The translations under genes and the position numbers were made by a program. From Candidatus Eiseniibacteriota bacterium (GTDB taxonomy: Bacteria; Eisenbacteria; RBG-16-71-46): a stretch of DNA of 64,000 nucleotides. The notes beneath the pieces were generated by a model. The model was not told the origin of the DNA and did no database searches. It saw only the letters and a program-made list of their open reading frames with translations. Location: assembly GCA_025357055.1 (NCBI GenBank), contig JANXPZ010000125.1:800-64799 (forward strand), in the 5' to 3' direction. Shown here piece by piece: positions 55,696-64,000 of the stretch; positions within the stretch are counted from its first letter, which is position 1, and each line of letters begins with the position of its first letter.

Positions 55696-57081
55696 CTACC
55701 CGGCACCGCCGGGGCGGTCCACGTCGGTCCATCCGGCATCCGCCGGCGTCGGGGCGGTGCCGGGATCGCGGGCCTCGGCCGGGACCCCGCGCGAGTCGCG
55801 CACCTTCCAGGCTGCACGCACGCCCACGAGGCCGGCGACCGCGCACAGCGCGAACAGCACCGGGGCGTTGAGCCAGTCCACCAGCGCCCCGCCCAGCATG
55901 GGCAGCAGCATGGTGGGGCCGAGGAACGTGTTGATCAGCCCGACGAAGGCCTGGCGGCGGCCGGGTGGGGCGAGCAGCAGCATGAGACTCGAGTAGCCGA
56001 CGCCGATCGCGCTCTGCGCCGCACCGCCCAGTCCGATCACGGCCTCGAGGGCGAGCACGGCGGCGCCGGCCGGGAGCCAGCCCAGACCCCAGGGCGAGGC
56101 GACGGCGATCGCCGCCGCCGCCAGCGGCAGGGCGCTGCAGGCCGCCGCGCCGATGCGCAACAGCACGCGGTCGCCGTGGCGGACCGAGAGGCGGTGCCAG
56201 AGCAGGTTGGAGAGCACGAATCCGGCCATGCGCACGATCAGGAACGTGCCCGCGGTGCGTGCGCTGCCGCCCAGCTGGTGCACGGCGAACAGCACGATGA
56301 AGGGCGCCGACGCGAACCACACCGAGAGCGTGGCGCGCGCGATCAGCAGGCGGCGGAAGTGCGCGTCGTGCGCGAGCATGGAGAGGCCCTCGCGCAGCAT
56401 CCCGAGCGGGCTGGCGGTCTCGGGGGATGGCGCGGCGGCGGGCTCGCGGATGGCCGAGAAGCATCCGTAGCCGAGCGAGACGAGCACGGCGGCGATGGCG
56501 AAGAGCAGGGCGAAGCGCGGCGCATCCGTCCCGCCCTGGAACAGCTGGCGCACGAACAGGCCGGCGGCCCCCGCGAACAGGCCGCCCCAGAACAGCCGCA
56601 GCGCCCAGTAGGCCCCGAGCCGCGAGCGCGGCACGGTCTTGCCGACCACCTCCATGAACGGGACCGCGGCCAGCCCCGAGCCGAACGCGTAGGCGCCGTA
56701 GCAGAGCAGGAAGGTGGCGAGCATCGCCTGCGGGTGGGTAGCGAGCGGCACGATGAGCAGGGCGAGCAGGGTGAAGGCGAGGCCGCGGATGACCGCGGCG
56801 AAGCGGTAGAGCCCGAGCGAACGGGGCCGGCGCGAGAGGTACGGCACCGTGGCGAACTGCGGCAGGAACCAGCCGAGGTCCGGCAGCGCGGCACTGAAGC
56901 CGATGAGCGCGTTCGAGGTCGTGAGCTTCGAGAGGAAGACCGGGATGACGGTGTTCGCGTCGACGAAGCCCTCGCCGCCCTGGTAGAGCGCGCCGTTCCA
57001 GACCCCGAGGCGGAAGGAGCGGCGCGGCCCGGAGTCGGAGGTGCTGGCGACGGGGTCGGGCCTGGCGGTGGTCGGGTCCAT
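55696..57081 (-). CDS. MFS-family transporter
   Basis: 12 predicted TM helices; typical MFS loop between TM6 and TM7; start could alternatively be 57120. Confidence 0.65.
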   Translation of the reverse strand: MDPTTARPDPVASTSDSGPRRSFRLGVWNGALYQGGEGFVDANTVIPVFLSKLTTSNALIGFSAALPDLGWFLPQFATVPYLSRRPRSLGLYRFAAVIRGLAFTLLALLIVPLATHPQAMLATFLLCYGAYAFGSGLAAVPFMEVVGKTVPRSRLGAYWALRLFWGGLFAGAAGLFVRQLFQGGTDAPRFALLFAIAAVLVSLGYGCFSAIREPAAAPSPETASPLGMLREGLSMLAHDAHFRRLLIARATLSVWFASAPFIVLFAVHQLGGSARTAGTFLIVRMAGFVLSNLLWHRLSVRHGDRVLLRIGAAACSALPLAAAAIAVASPWGLGWLPAGAAVLALEAVIGLGGAAQSAIGVGYSSLMLLLAPPGRRQAFVGLINTFLGPTMLLPMLGGALVDWLNAPVLFALCAVAGLVGVRAAWKVRDSRGVPAEARDPGTAPTPADAGWTDVDRPGGAG

Positions 57082-57174
57082 GGAGCCGGGAGGATGGCTC
57101 CGCGGGCGGGTGCCGCGCAAACGAAACCCGGCGTCCGGGATGGACCGGAGCGCCGGGTCTCGTTCAGGTGTGGA

Positions 57175-57939
57175 CTATCGGTACAGGGTCTTGATCTTTC
57201 CCCAGGTCGAACGCTGCGCCGGAACGGTGAGCGGCGTGTCCCACTTGCCATTCGGGTGAGCGGTCCAGCCGACCGGAAGAGAACACGTGCCGGTCGCGGC
57301 CGGAACGCTCGGCGGAGCGGGGCACCAGAGGCCCGACAGCAGGTTGATGGCGTTCTCGACCTGGCCGTAACGCGTGCCACCCGTGCACCAGTAGTTCGTC
57401 CGGAACGAACCGCTGTAGATCCCGCTGATCCGGCTGACGAGCACGTTCAGCGTGTCCATCTGGCCGCTCAGCAGCAGGGTGCCGTCCACGAACGCGTCGG
57501 GGACGACTCCGCCGGCGGGAAGAGCCGGAAGCACGGCGGCCACCGGCGCGTTGCGCGGAGAACCTGCGTAGATGCGGAAGTTCCCGCCCACGTACTTGGT
57601 GTTGTACCGCCTCGTCGAGTCGAGGATCGTCGTGACGGTCCCCTGTGAGACCAGGCCATCCCAGATGAACGTGTACTCGGTGCCGGGGTCGAGCGGGTCG
57701 AGGTCCGCGAACGGGTAGCAGAACTTCGACACGAGGCCGACCACGGTGAGCTGGCTCCCGAACGCGGAGCTGAGGTTGGCGACGTCGTAGGCCGTCTCAT
57801 AGGCCCAGGCGTCACCGTCGAACTTGATCATCACGCCGGTTTCGGCCGGCACCGGGGTGCACTGGGCGGTGGCCACGGTCGCGGACAGCGACAGAGCCAG
57901 CAGCCCCATGACCGCCGCTGCCCAAATCTTGTTCTTCAT
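57175..57939 (-). CDS. Secreted hypothetical protein, paralog A, C-terminus ...TWGKIKTLYR
   Basis: Signal peptide MKNKIWAAAVMGLLALSLSATVATA; no known domain; C-terminal decapeptide shared with 57994..58689. Confidence 0.6.
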   Translation of the reverse strand: MKNKIWAAAVMGLLALSLSATVATAQCTPVPAETGVMIKFDGDAWAYETAYDVANLSSAFGSQLTVVGLVSKFCYPFADLDPLDPGTEYTFIWDGLVSQGTVTTILDSTRRYNTKYVGGNFRIYAGSPRNAPVAAVLPALPAGGVVPDAFVDGTLLLSGQMDTLNVLVSRISGIYSGSFRTNYWCTGGTRYGQVENAINLLSGLWCPAPPSVPAATGTCSLPVGWTAHPNGKWDTPLTVPAQRSTWGKIKTLYR

Positions 57940-57993
57940 AGCGATACCTCCATCATGAAGTCGCTCCGGCGAGGCCGAGAGCGAAATCCTGGG

Positions 57994-58689
57994 CTAGCGG
58001 TAGAGCGCCTTGAGGGCGCCCCAGGTCCGATGAGTTGCCGGCACGGGACCCGGGATGCGGCATTCGCCGGAGATCTGGTGATCGTACCCGTCCGGGATCG
58101 CCGGGTTCGGACGGCCCGCGAGGCCGGAGAGCGTCCAACCATCGCGCTGCGCCTCGGGAATCTGGGCCAGCAACGAACCCTCGTCGAAATGGATGTTCCC
58201 GGTGAAGCCACCCTGGTTGGCTGCGAAGTCGTAGTTCAGCACGAGGAACTCGATGTGTCCGCCGAGGATCACCGTGCCATCGATGAACGTCGATGGCGCG
58301 GTGGCGTTCGGCGGGTTGGCGCTGTACAGCGCCTGGGTGCTGTTGTCCTCGTAGAATCGCCCGCGCCCCGGATTGGCGAACCCGACCTCGAGATAACGGT
58401 ATTCTGGATAGTAGGTGTAGTTCTGCACCGTGAGGTCGTAGTAGTGGTACGTGTACTCGTTCGCGACGATGTCCACGTACGGAGTCAGATAGGCGTCGAA
58501 CGAGGTCACGAACCCGAGTGCCTTGTAGCCTTCCCCGATCGTCAGGTAATTGCCGTCGGGCCCGGGGTTGGGGTTCGGGGATTCGTAGTCGTAGCCGGCG
58601 AATCCCAGCAGGAAGACGTCAGTCTGTGCGAAAGCAGGTGCGGCGATCGTGCTGAGGGCAAGGAGGAGCAGCAACACTGCACGCTTCAT
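57994..58689 (-). CDS. Secreted hypothetical protein, paralog B, C-terminus ...TWGALKALYR
   Basis: Signal peptide MKRAVLLLLLALSTIAAPAFA; Tyr/Asn-rich; visually lower GC than the surroundings. Confidence 0.6.
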   Translation of the reverse strand: MKRAVLLLLLALSTIAAPAFAQTDVFLLGFAGYDYESPNPNPGPDGNYLTIGEGYKALGFVTSFDAYLTPYVDIVANEYTYHYYDLTVQNYTYYPEYRYLEVGFANPGRGRFYEDNSTQALYSANPPNATAPSTFIDGTVILGGHIEFLVLNYDFAANQGGFTGNIHFDEGSLLAQIPEAQRDGWTLSGLAGRPNPAIPDGYDHQISGECRIPGPVPATHRTWGALKALYR

Positions 58690-59180
58690 CAGCCACCTCC
58701 GCGAGGGGTCAAAGTCAGGAGCCTTGATCGGAAGAGAAGATCCGGATGATGCGACTTGGAGTAGCTGTGGAAAGAAGCGCTCCTGCCCGCCTTTCTGGGT
58801 CCATACCGCCGAGGCCAGCAGACCCACTGTAGGCACACGACGCCCCTCGCGCCGCGAGGAGCGTGTCGGGGGATGACGATGAACCGTCGCACGGCGGCGA
58901 AGTTGCGCCCACGCGCAACGGTTCAACGACAATCAAGCGAGTATACGAGCGTGTAACGGAGATGCAAGGTCAGAAAGGGCCCGGAGTGAAAGGGAGACCT
59001 GCGCAGGGGGCGCGCCGCGGTGAATCATCTCTTTCGGGAGACAGGGGCGGCTGCGAGGGTCTCCGGAAAGCCCGCCTCCCGTCGTGAAGGCGCTCAACCC
59101 ACTGGCCCGGAGCGGCTTGCCTTCCGCCCCTCTCCCGCGGGGGCCGGAAACGTCTACGGGCCCGTTCCTCCGGACCCGGG

Positions 59181-60186
59181 CTAGGACCGGGCGCCCAGGG
59201 CCCGCGCCAGTCGGGGCAGGCTCTGATCGTACCGGTACGAGGTGTTCATGTGGCCGTCGTCGAACTCCTCGTACTCGTGTGCGATGCCCAGCTCCCGCAG
59301 CCTCCGGCTGAAGAGCCGGGCGCCGTGCAGCAGGTTGAACTCGTCCTTCGTACCGCAGTCGACGTGGAGGAGGCGGAGCGAACGCAGCGCCTCTGCGTGG
59401 GATTCGAGCATGCGGAGCGGGTCGTGCTCGAGCCAGCGCTTCCAGACGTCCTCGCGGAACGCGCCGGTCTCGAGGTCGCAGGGCAGGTCGATGCCGAAGG
59501 TGGCCGAGTCCGGGTTCGGCGAGTAGGCCGCGGCCATGCCGAGGATGTTGAGCGCGAGCATGTCGTCGTGGCCCTTCTGGCGGCGGGTCTCGAAGCGCTC
59601 GAGCCAGGCCGCGGGTCCGCCGGCCTGCTGCACCTGGGTGCAGAACTTCGGGACGTCGCCCCGGTAGCAGTAGTCGAAGTACAGGTCGCCGCTGTGGCAG
59701 GCCACCGCTCCGAAGACGTCCGGGTGTCTCATGCCCAGGGTGAGCGCTCCGTAGCCACCCGAGGACTTGCCCGCCACTCCGCGGTGGTCGCGCGCTGCGA
59801 GCGTGCGGAAGCGCGCATCCACCCAGGCGACCAGCTCCACGGCCACGTGCGTCTCGTAGCGACCCGTGGCGCTCGAATCCACGTACTGCGAGCCGCCGAA
59901 GCGCGTGAAGCAGTCCGGCAGGACGAGGATCACCTCGCCGCAGCCAGCGGCGATGAGCGCGTCCAGGCGGTCGTCGAGCGCCGGCGACCAGGGGTTGTCG
60001 TTGAGCAACATGCGTCCGCGCCCGGTGAAGCCGGCGAGCACGAAGATCACGGGAAAGCGACGCGCGGGGTCCGTCGCGTAGGACGGCGGCAGGTAGACGG
60101 GCACCGTGCGCGTGTGCGGGTCTCCCGCGGGGTTGCCCGCGAGGACGGCGCTCTCGAAGCGTTCCATCAGGACGTTGCCGCGCTTC
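59181..60186 (-). CDS. Esterase (alpha/beta-hydrolase, putative esterase/esterase-D-like family)
   Basis: ...VPVYLPPSY...FPVIFVLAGFTG...GKSSGGYGALTLGMRHP... (GxSxG nucleophile elbow). Confidence 0.7.
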
Positions 60187-60350
60187 ATCGGGTCTCCTTC
60201 GGCAGGTGGCCCCGGACCGGGCAGGTCACGGAAGATAGCCGCAGGGGGCCCGAATCCCAACCGGACCGGGGCGTTTCACGCGTCGTCCGGGCTAATCCCC
60301 GCAGCGGACTTGCCGATAACTTCCGCAGGCCCGCCACCGGGCTCGTCCTC

Positions 60351-61955
60351 ATGATTCCCGGCATGGAGTACCGCCCGATGAAGTCGGAGATCCGCTTCAC
60401 GAGGGACAAGCTCGACCGCCGCGCCTGGTCACTGCTGGGGCTGACCTTCATCGTGGTCATCGCCCTCGCCGCGGCGGTGCCGCTGCTCTACCTGCCCCAG
60501 GCCAGCCTGCTGCGCGAAGGTCCGGGCGGTGAGCCCGCGCAGGGGCAGTACCTGCCGGTCCTGGGGCTGCTGGGCATGGTGGTCATCTTCTGCCTCTACA
60601 CCGCGCTCAAGCAGCGTGAGTTGGACGCGATGCGGCTCCGGCTCGAGCAGGAGGAACGCGAGAAGGCGAACGTGGGCACGCGCCTCTCGGAGTTGTCGGC
60701 CCTCTTCCAGCTTTCGACGACCCTGAACCTGCAGCTGCAACTCGACGACCTCCTCGAGATCGTCGTGCGCCGCGTGGTCTCCACACTGCAGGCCCAGCAG
60801 GCGTCGATCATGATCCTCGATCCCGGGACCAGCGTGCTCGAGACCCGCGCCTCCTACGGCCTCGAGTCCGAGTTCGCGCGCAACGCCCGCAGGAAGCTGG
60901 GCGAGGGCGTCGCCGGCTGGGTGGCCGAGCGTCGCGAGGCGGTCCAGCTGGACGCGGGCGCGAGCATGGGCGCCTTCCGGAGCCAGCACAAGGCCAACCG
61001 GAACATCACCTCGGCGCTCTCGCTCCCGCTCCTGGTCGGCGAGCGCTGCGTGGGCGTGCTCAACGTCAACCGGATCAACCACCCCGAGACTTTCCAGGAC
61101 CACCACCGCGAGGTGCTCGGTCTCTTCGCCGAACACGTCGGCTCGGTCATCGAACGCGCCGGAGTCATGGATCGTCTCGGGCGCCGGGCGAACAGGCTGG
61201 AGGCCGCGAACCTGGAGCTCAACGAGGTGAACCGCCTGAAGGACATGTTCCTCTCGACCGCCAGTCATGAGCTCAAGACCCCGCTCACGTCGGTCATCGG
61301 CTACGCCGAACTGCTCGACGACAACGACGAACGCATGACCCGCGAACAGCGCGGAGAGTTCCTGCGGCGCCTGCGCGCCGAGGCGGGCCGCCTGCTGGGC
61401 CTGATCGAGGACATCCTCGACCTGGCCCGGATCGAGAGCGGCAAGCTCGCGCTGCACTGCGTTTCGATGTCGGTGAACGAGGTGGTGCATGCGGCCGTGG
61501 AGACCACGCGCCTGCTGGCCCGCAAGCACGGCGTCGAACTGGTCGAGCGGTTCGATCCCCTCCTGCCGCGCGTGGCGCTGGACGAGGTCAAGCTGCGTCA
61601 GGCGGTGGTGAATCTGCTGGTGAACGCCGTGAAGTTCAGCCCCGAGCGGGGGAAGGTCGTGATCGAGACCCTGCGCGACGGTGACTTCCTGCGGGTCCAG
61701 GTGACCGACCAGGGCTCGGGTGTCGCGCCCGATGACGCGGCGCACATCTTCGAGCTGTTCGGCCAGGGTGAGCATGGCGCCCGGGCGGGCGGACTCGGCA
61801 TCGGGCTCCACCTCGTCAAGCGCCTCACCGAGCTGCACGGCGGCCACGTGGGGGTGAACAGCCGCGTCGGCGAAGGCAGCAGCTTCTGGCTGCGGCTGCC
61901 GCTGAACGTCGCGGAGCCCGCGGAAGCGATGGAGGCCGATCGAGTGGCAGCCTGA
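60351..61955 (+). CDS. Membrane GAF-domain sensor histidine kinase
   Basis: Two TM helices, coiled coil, GAF-like region, H-box ...FLSTASHELKTPLTSVIGYAELL..., HATPase (…GGLGIGLHLVKRLTELHGG…). Confidence 0.8.
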   Translation: MIPGMEYRPMKSEIRFTRDKLDRRAWSLLGLTFIVVIALAAAVPLLYLPQASLLREGPGGEPAQGQYLPVLGLLGMVVIFCLYTALKQRELDAMRLRLEQEEREKANVGTRLSELSALFQLSTTLNLQLQLDDLLEIVVRRVVSTLQAQQASIMILDPGTSVLETRASYGLESEFARNARRKLGEGVAGWVAERREAVQLDAGASMGAFRSQHKANRNITSALSLPLLVGERCVGVLNVNRINHPETFQDHHREVLGLFAEHVGSVIERAGVMDRLGRRANRLEAANLELNEVNRLKDMFLSTASHELKTPLTSVIGYAELLDDNDERMTREQRGEFLRRLRAEAGRLLGLIEDILDLARIESGKLALHCVSMSVNEVVHAAVETTRLLARKHGVELVERFDPLLPRVALDEVKLRQAVVNLLVNAVKFSPERGKVVIETLRDGDFLRVQVTDQGSGVAPDDAAHIFELFGQGEHGARAGGLGIGLHLVKRLTELHGGHVGVNSRVGEGSSFWLRLPLNVAEPAEAMEADRVAA

Positions 61956-62036
61956 GCGCAGACGTCCGCCCGACGGTCGCACAGCGGCCCGGACTCTTCG
62001 AGAGCCCGGGCCGCATTCATCCCCGGCGGAAGGCGC

Positions 62037-63581
62037 CTACGCCGCCTTCAGCACCTCGGGATACTCGTGCGCCTCGAGCGCGCGGGCCACGCTCAGCGTC
62101 GCCGGCAGCGGCCGCAACTCCTTCGCCTCGGCCGGCGCTGACGGTACTCCGCCCTCGTCCATGACCACGCGCACGTGGGGCCGCGCCAGGTCCTGCTGGT
62201 TGGGGGCGAGCACCACGGCGGTCCGGCCGTCGCTGAGCTCCACCAGCTGACCCGGGGGGTAGAAGCCCACAGAGCACACCAGCGCCCACAGCATGACCGG
62301 GTCGAAGCGACCGGCGAGCGGCCCGAGCATCATGCCCAGCGTCTGGTACGGGGTGACGCTCCTGCCCCGCTCGCCGCGGTGCGCCTGCAGGCTCACGAAG
62401 CAGTCGGCGAGCGAAACGAACTCGGAGAGCCGGCTGGCGCACCAACCGGCAGGCAGTGCCGGATAGTTGTCGGACCCGGCCGGGGTGCGCGATGACCCGC
62501 GGTCCTGCGGAGTTCCGGCGGCGTGGTGCTCGAGCGCCACGCGCATGCAGCGCAGGGTGGAGGCGTTGAACGCGGTCGAGCGCGCGATGAGCTTCGTGCC
62601 CTCCAGCGCGTGACTCTCGGCCAGCCGTCGCTCCTCCTCGTCCATCTCCTCCCACGGGTGGCGGATCCGGTCGTAGACCACGGCCTTGCCCACGTCGTGG
62701 AGCAGGGCGGCGACGCCGAGGTCGGCGAGCGCCCTGCGATCGAGCCCGAGGAGGTGCCCCAGGGCCACGGCGACGATGCAGACGTTGACCGCGTGCGCAT
62801 ACGTGTCTTCGTCGTGGTGGCCCAGACTCGAGAGCCCGACCACGACGGACTCGCCTGCGAACGCCCCGTCGATGAGCGGCTGCACCACGCGCTTGGCGTG
62901 TCGCAGCTCCATGCCCTCCTGCAGTGCGGTCGTGGTGAGCAGGGAGCGCGCGCCGAGGATGGCCAGCGAGCGGCTCTTGTGCGTGATGAACCGCGCGCCG
63001 ACCGCGCAGGCACCCGGCGGTTCCGGGTCGGCTGCGCCGGTGACCGCGGTCGGAGCCTCCTCCGACCCCATCACGAAGTCGTCCGGATCGAACGGGTCGG
63101 CTGCGCCGCCGGATTCGGTCGAAGCATGCACGGCCGGCAGGATGTGGCCCGTCGACTCGGCCACGCAGGCCTCGAGCAGCTTCCTGCCCTGGTGCTCGCC
63201 GGGGCGCAGGAAGAGCCGGAAGAATCGCCCGAGCTCACCCGACGTGACGCCGTCCTGAACGCGTATGCCGGCGATGCCCCGTCGCGCAAACTCCTCCATG
63301 AGCGCCTGGTGGGACCTCAGGTCCCCCGCCTTGACCGGGAGCCGCACGCCGTTCAGATAGAGGTCGCTGTCGAGCGAGATGAGCACCGCCTCGGGCGCCT
63401 CGGCGAAGACCGGGCCGAGCGAGCCGAGGAAGCCGAGGAGTTGCTGGACGAAGACCTGGTTCTCGACCTCGTAGGTACGGCCGATGCGCACCAGCGCGAG
63501 GAACCGCATGATGATCGCGATGCCGTACTCGCGCAGGCGCTCGTCGCCGGGACGGATCGCCGGGATCGGGGTCTCGGTCAC
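62037..63581 (-). CDS. HD-GYP/HD-domain signalling protein
   Basis: ...HAVNVCIVAVALGHLLGL...LLHDVGK... HD motif; long N-terminal regulatory region. Confidence 0.65.
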   Translation of the reverse strand: MTETPIPAIRPGDERLREYGIAIIMRFLALVRIGRTYEVENQVFVQQLLGFLGSLGPVFAEAPEAVLISLDSDLYLNGVRLPVKAGDLRSHQALMEEFARRGIAGIRVQDGVTSGELGRFFRLFLRPGEHQGRKLLEACVAESTGHILPAVHASTESGGAADPFDPDDFVMGSEEAPTAVTGAADPEPPGACAVGARFITHKSRSLAILGARSLLTTTALQEGMELRHAKRVVQPLIDGAFAGESVVVGLSSLGHHDEDTYAHAVNVCIVAVALGHLLGLDRRALADLGVAALLHDVGKAVVYDRIRHPWEEMDEEERRLAESHALEGTKLIARSTAFNASTLRCMRVALEHHAAGTPQDRGSSRTPAGSDNYPALPAGWCASRLSEFVSLADCFVSLQAHRGERGRSVTPYQTLGMMLGPLAGRFDPVMLWALVCSVGFYPPGQLVELSDGRTAVVLAPNQQDLARPHVRVVMDEGGVPSAPAEAKELRPLPATLSVARALEAHEYPEVLKAA

Positions 63582-64000
63582 GGGCGGCTCCGGGTGCTGA
63601 GGGCTTCGAGGCAGGCCGTGCGCACCGCTTCGTTGCGGGCGCGCGCACCCGCTTCGAGCGCCGCCATCGCTTCCGGCGTGCCGATGCGGCGCAGGGTGCG
63701 GGCGGTTGCCACGCGCTGGAGGGTGCGGCGTGCGAACCAGCCGCCCTTGTGCAGCAGCGCCTCGAGTGCCGGCACCGCGGGGGTGTCGGCGATGTCGCCC
63801 AGCGCGCCGAACAGGGCGCGCTGGTTGTTCTCGTCGCGTGATTCGAAGCTGGGCGATTCGATGAGGGCCAGGATGGCGAGCGCTACGCGCGGGTCCTTCT
63901 CCCGAGTCAGCATGTTGAGCGCGGTCGCCAGCAGCTGCGCGTCGCGCACGTCGAGCTGTTCGATGAGCAGCGGGTTGCGCTCCTCGGGCGGGACCGAGCC
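63578..64000 (-). CDS. HEAT/PBS-lyase-repeat protein (3' part; gene continues beyond the window end)
   Basis: Repetitive ...ALGDIADTPAVPALEALL.../...RRIGTPEAMAALEAG... HEAT-like repeats; the reading frame stays open to nt 64000. Confidence 0.5.
   Translation of the reverse strand, partial: GSVPPEERNPLLIEQLDVRDAQLLATALNMLTREKDPRVALAILALIESPSFESRDENNQRALFGALGDIADTPAVPALEALLHKGGWFARRTLQRVATARTLRRIGTPEAMAALEAGARARNEAVRTACLEALSTRSRP

Noticed and set aside
1-64000. CRISPR arrays, tRNA/rRNA genes, IS elements/transposases/integrases
   Set aside because: Nothing recognised by eye; no spaced identical repeats other than the intragenic cytochrome repeat; intergenic regions lack tRNA-like cloverleaf ends and no transposase-like ORF is present

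Overview
This 64-kb, high-GC window (about 70% GC by eye) is densely coding and carries overlapping reading-frame artefacts. It probably comes from a Gemmatimonadota-like or related high-GC bacterium; that placement is a guess based on GC content, T9SS-like C-terminal domains and FG-GAP giants. The window is dominated by c-type cytochrome and quinol-oxidoreductase genes and a second block of envelope and secondary-metabolism genes.

- **Respiratory island (1-11.1 kb).** Two paralogous Rieske / cytochrome b / 9-heme cytochrome c operons lie in mirror orientation. Between them sit an NrfD/PsrC + 4Fe-4S + octaheme quinol:cytochrome c module and an 18-heme NapC/NirT-family fusion cytochrome that abuts the second bc operon.
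- **Putative trans-envelope electron conduit (30.5-37.9 kb).** Five co-directional genes whose stop and start codons overlap: a His-rich membrane protein, a membrane-anchored 2x[4Fe-4S]-flavoprotein, a 20-heme cytochrome, a 17-heme cytochrome with an internally homogenised repeat, and an outer-membrane beta-barrel. I regard this as the most likely previously undescribed system.
- **Other content.**
  - a CPA-type cation/H+ antiporter;
  - an ArnD-like / formyltransferase fusion gene bracketed by a duplicated remnant of the antiporter 3' end;
  - a UPF0182 giant membrane protein;
  - a LytS/LytTR two-component operon with a LiaF-like protein, small membrane proteins and an upstream array of 21-bp-periodic direct repeats;
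  - an ABC-2 exporter;
  - two very large secreted proteins (BNR/sialidase-like and FG-GAP) sharing a T9SS-type C-terminal domain;
  - the queD/queC/queE genes;
  - an SrsABC-like phenolic-lipid cassette (type III PKS, FAD oxidoreductase, methyltransferase, MFS);
  - two paralogous secreted proteins with a shared C-terminal decapeptide;
  - signalling proteins (GAF histidine kinase, HD-GYP).

No rRNA, tRNA, CRISPR array or transposase was recognised by eye.
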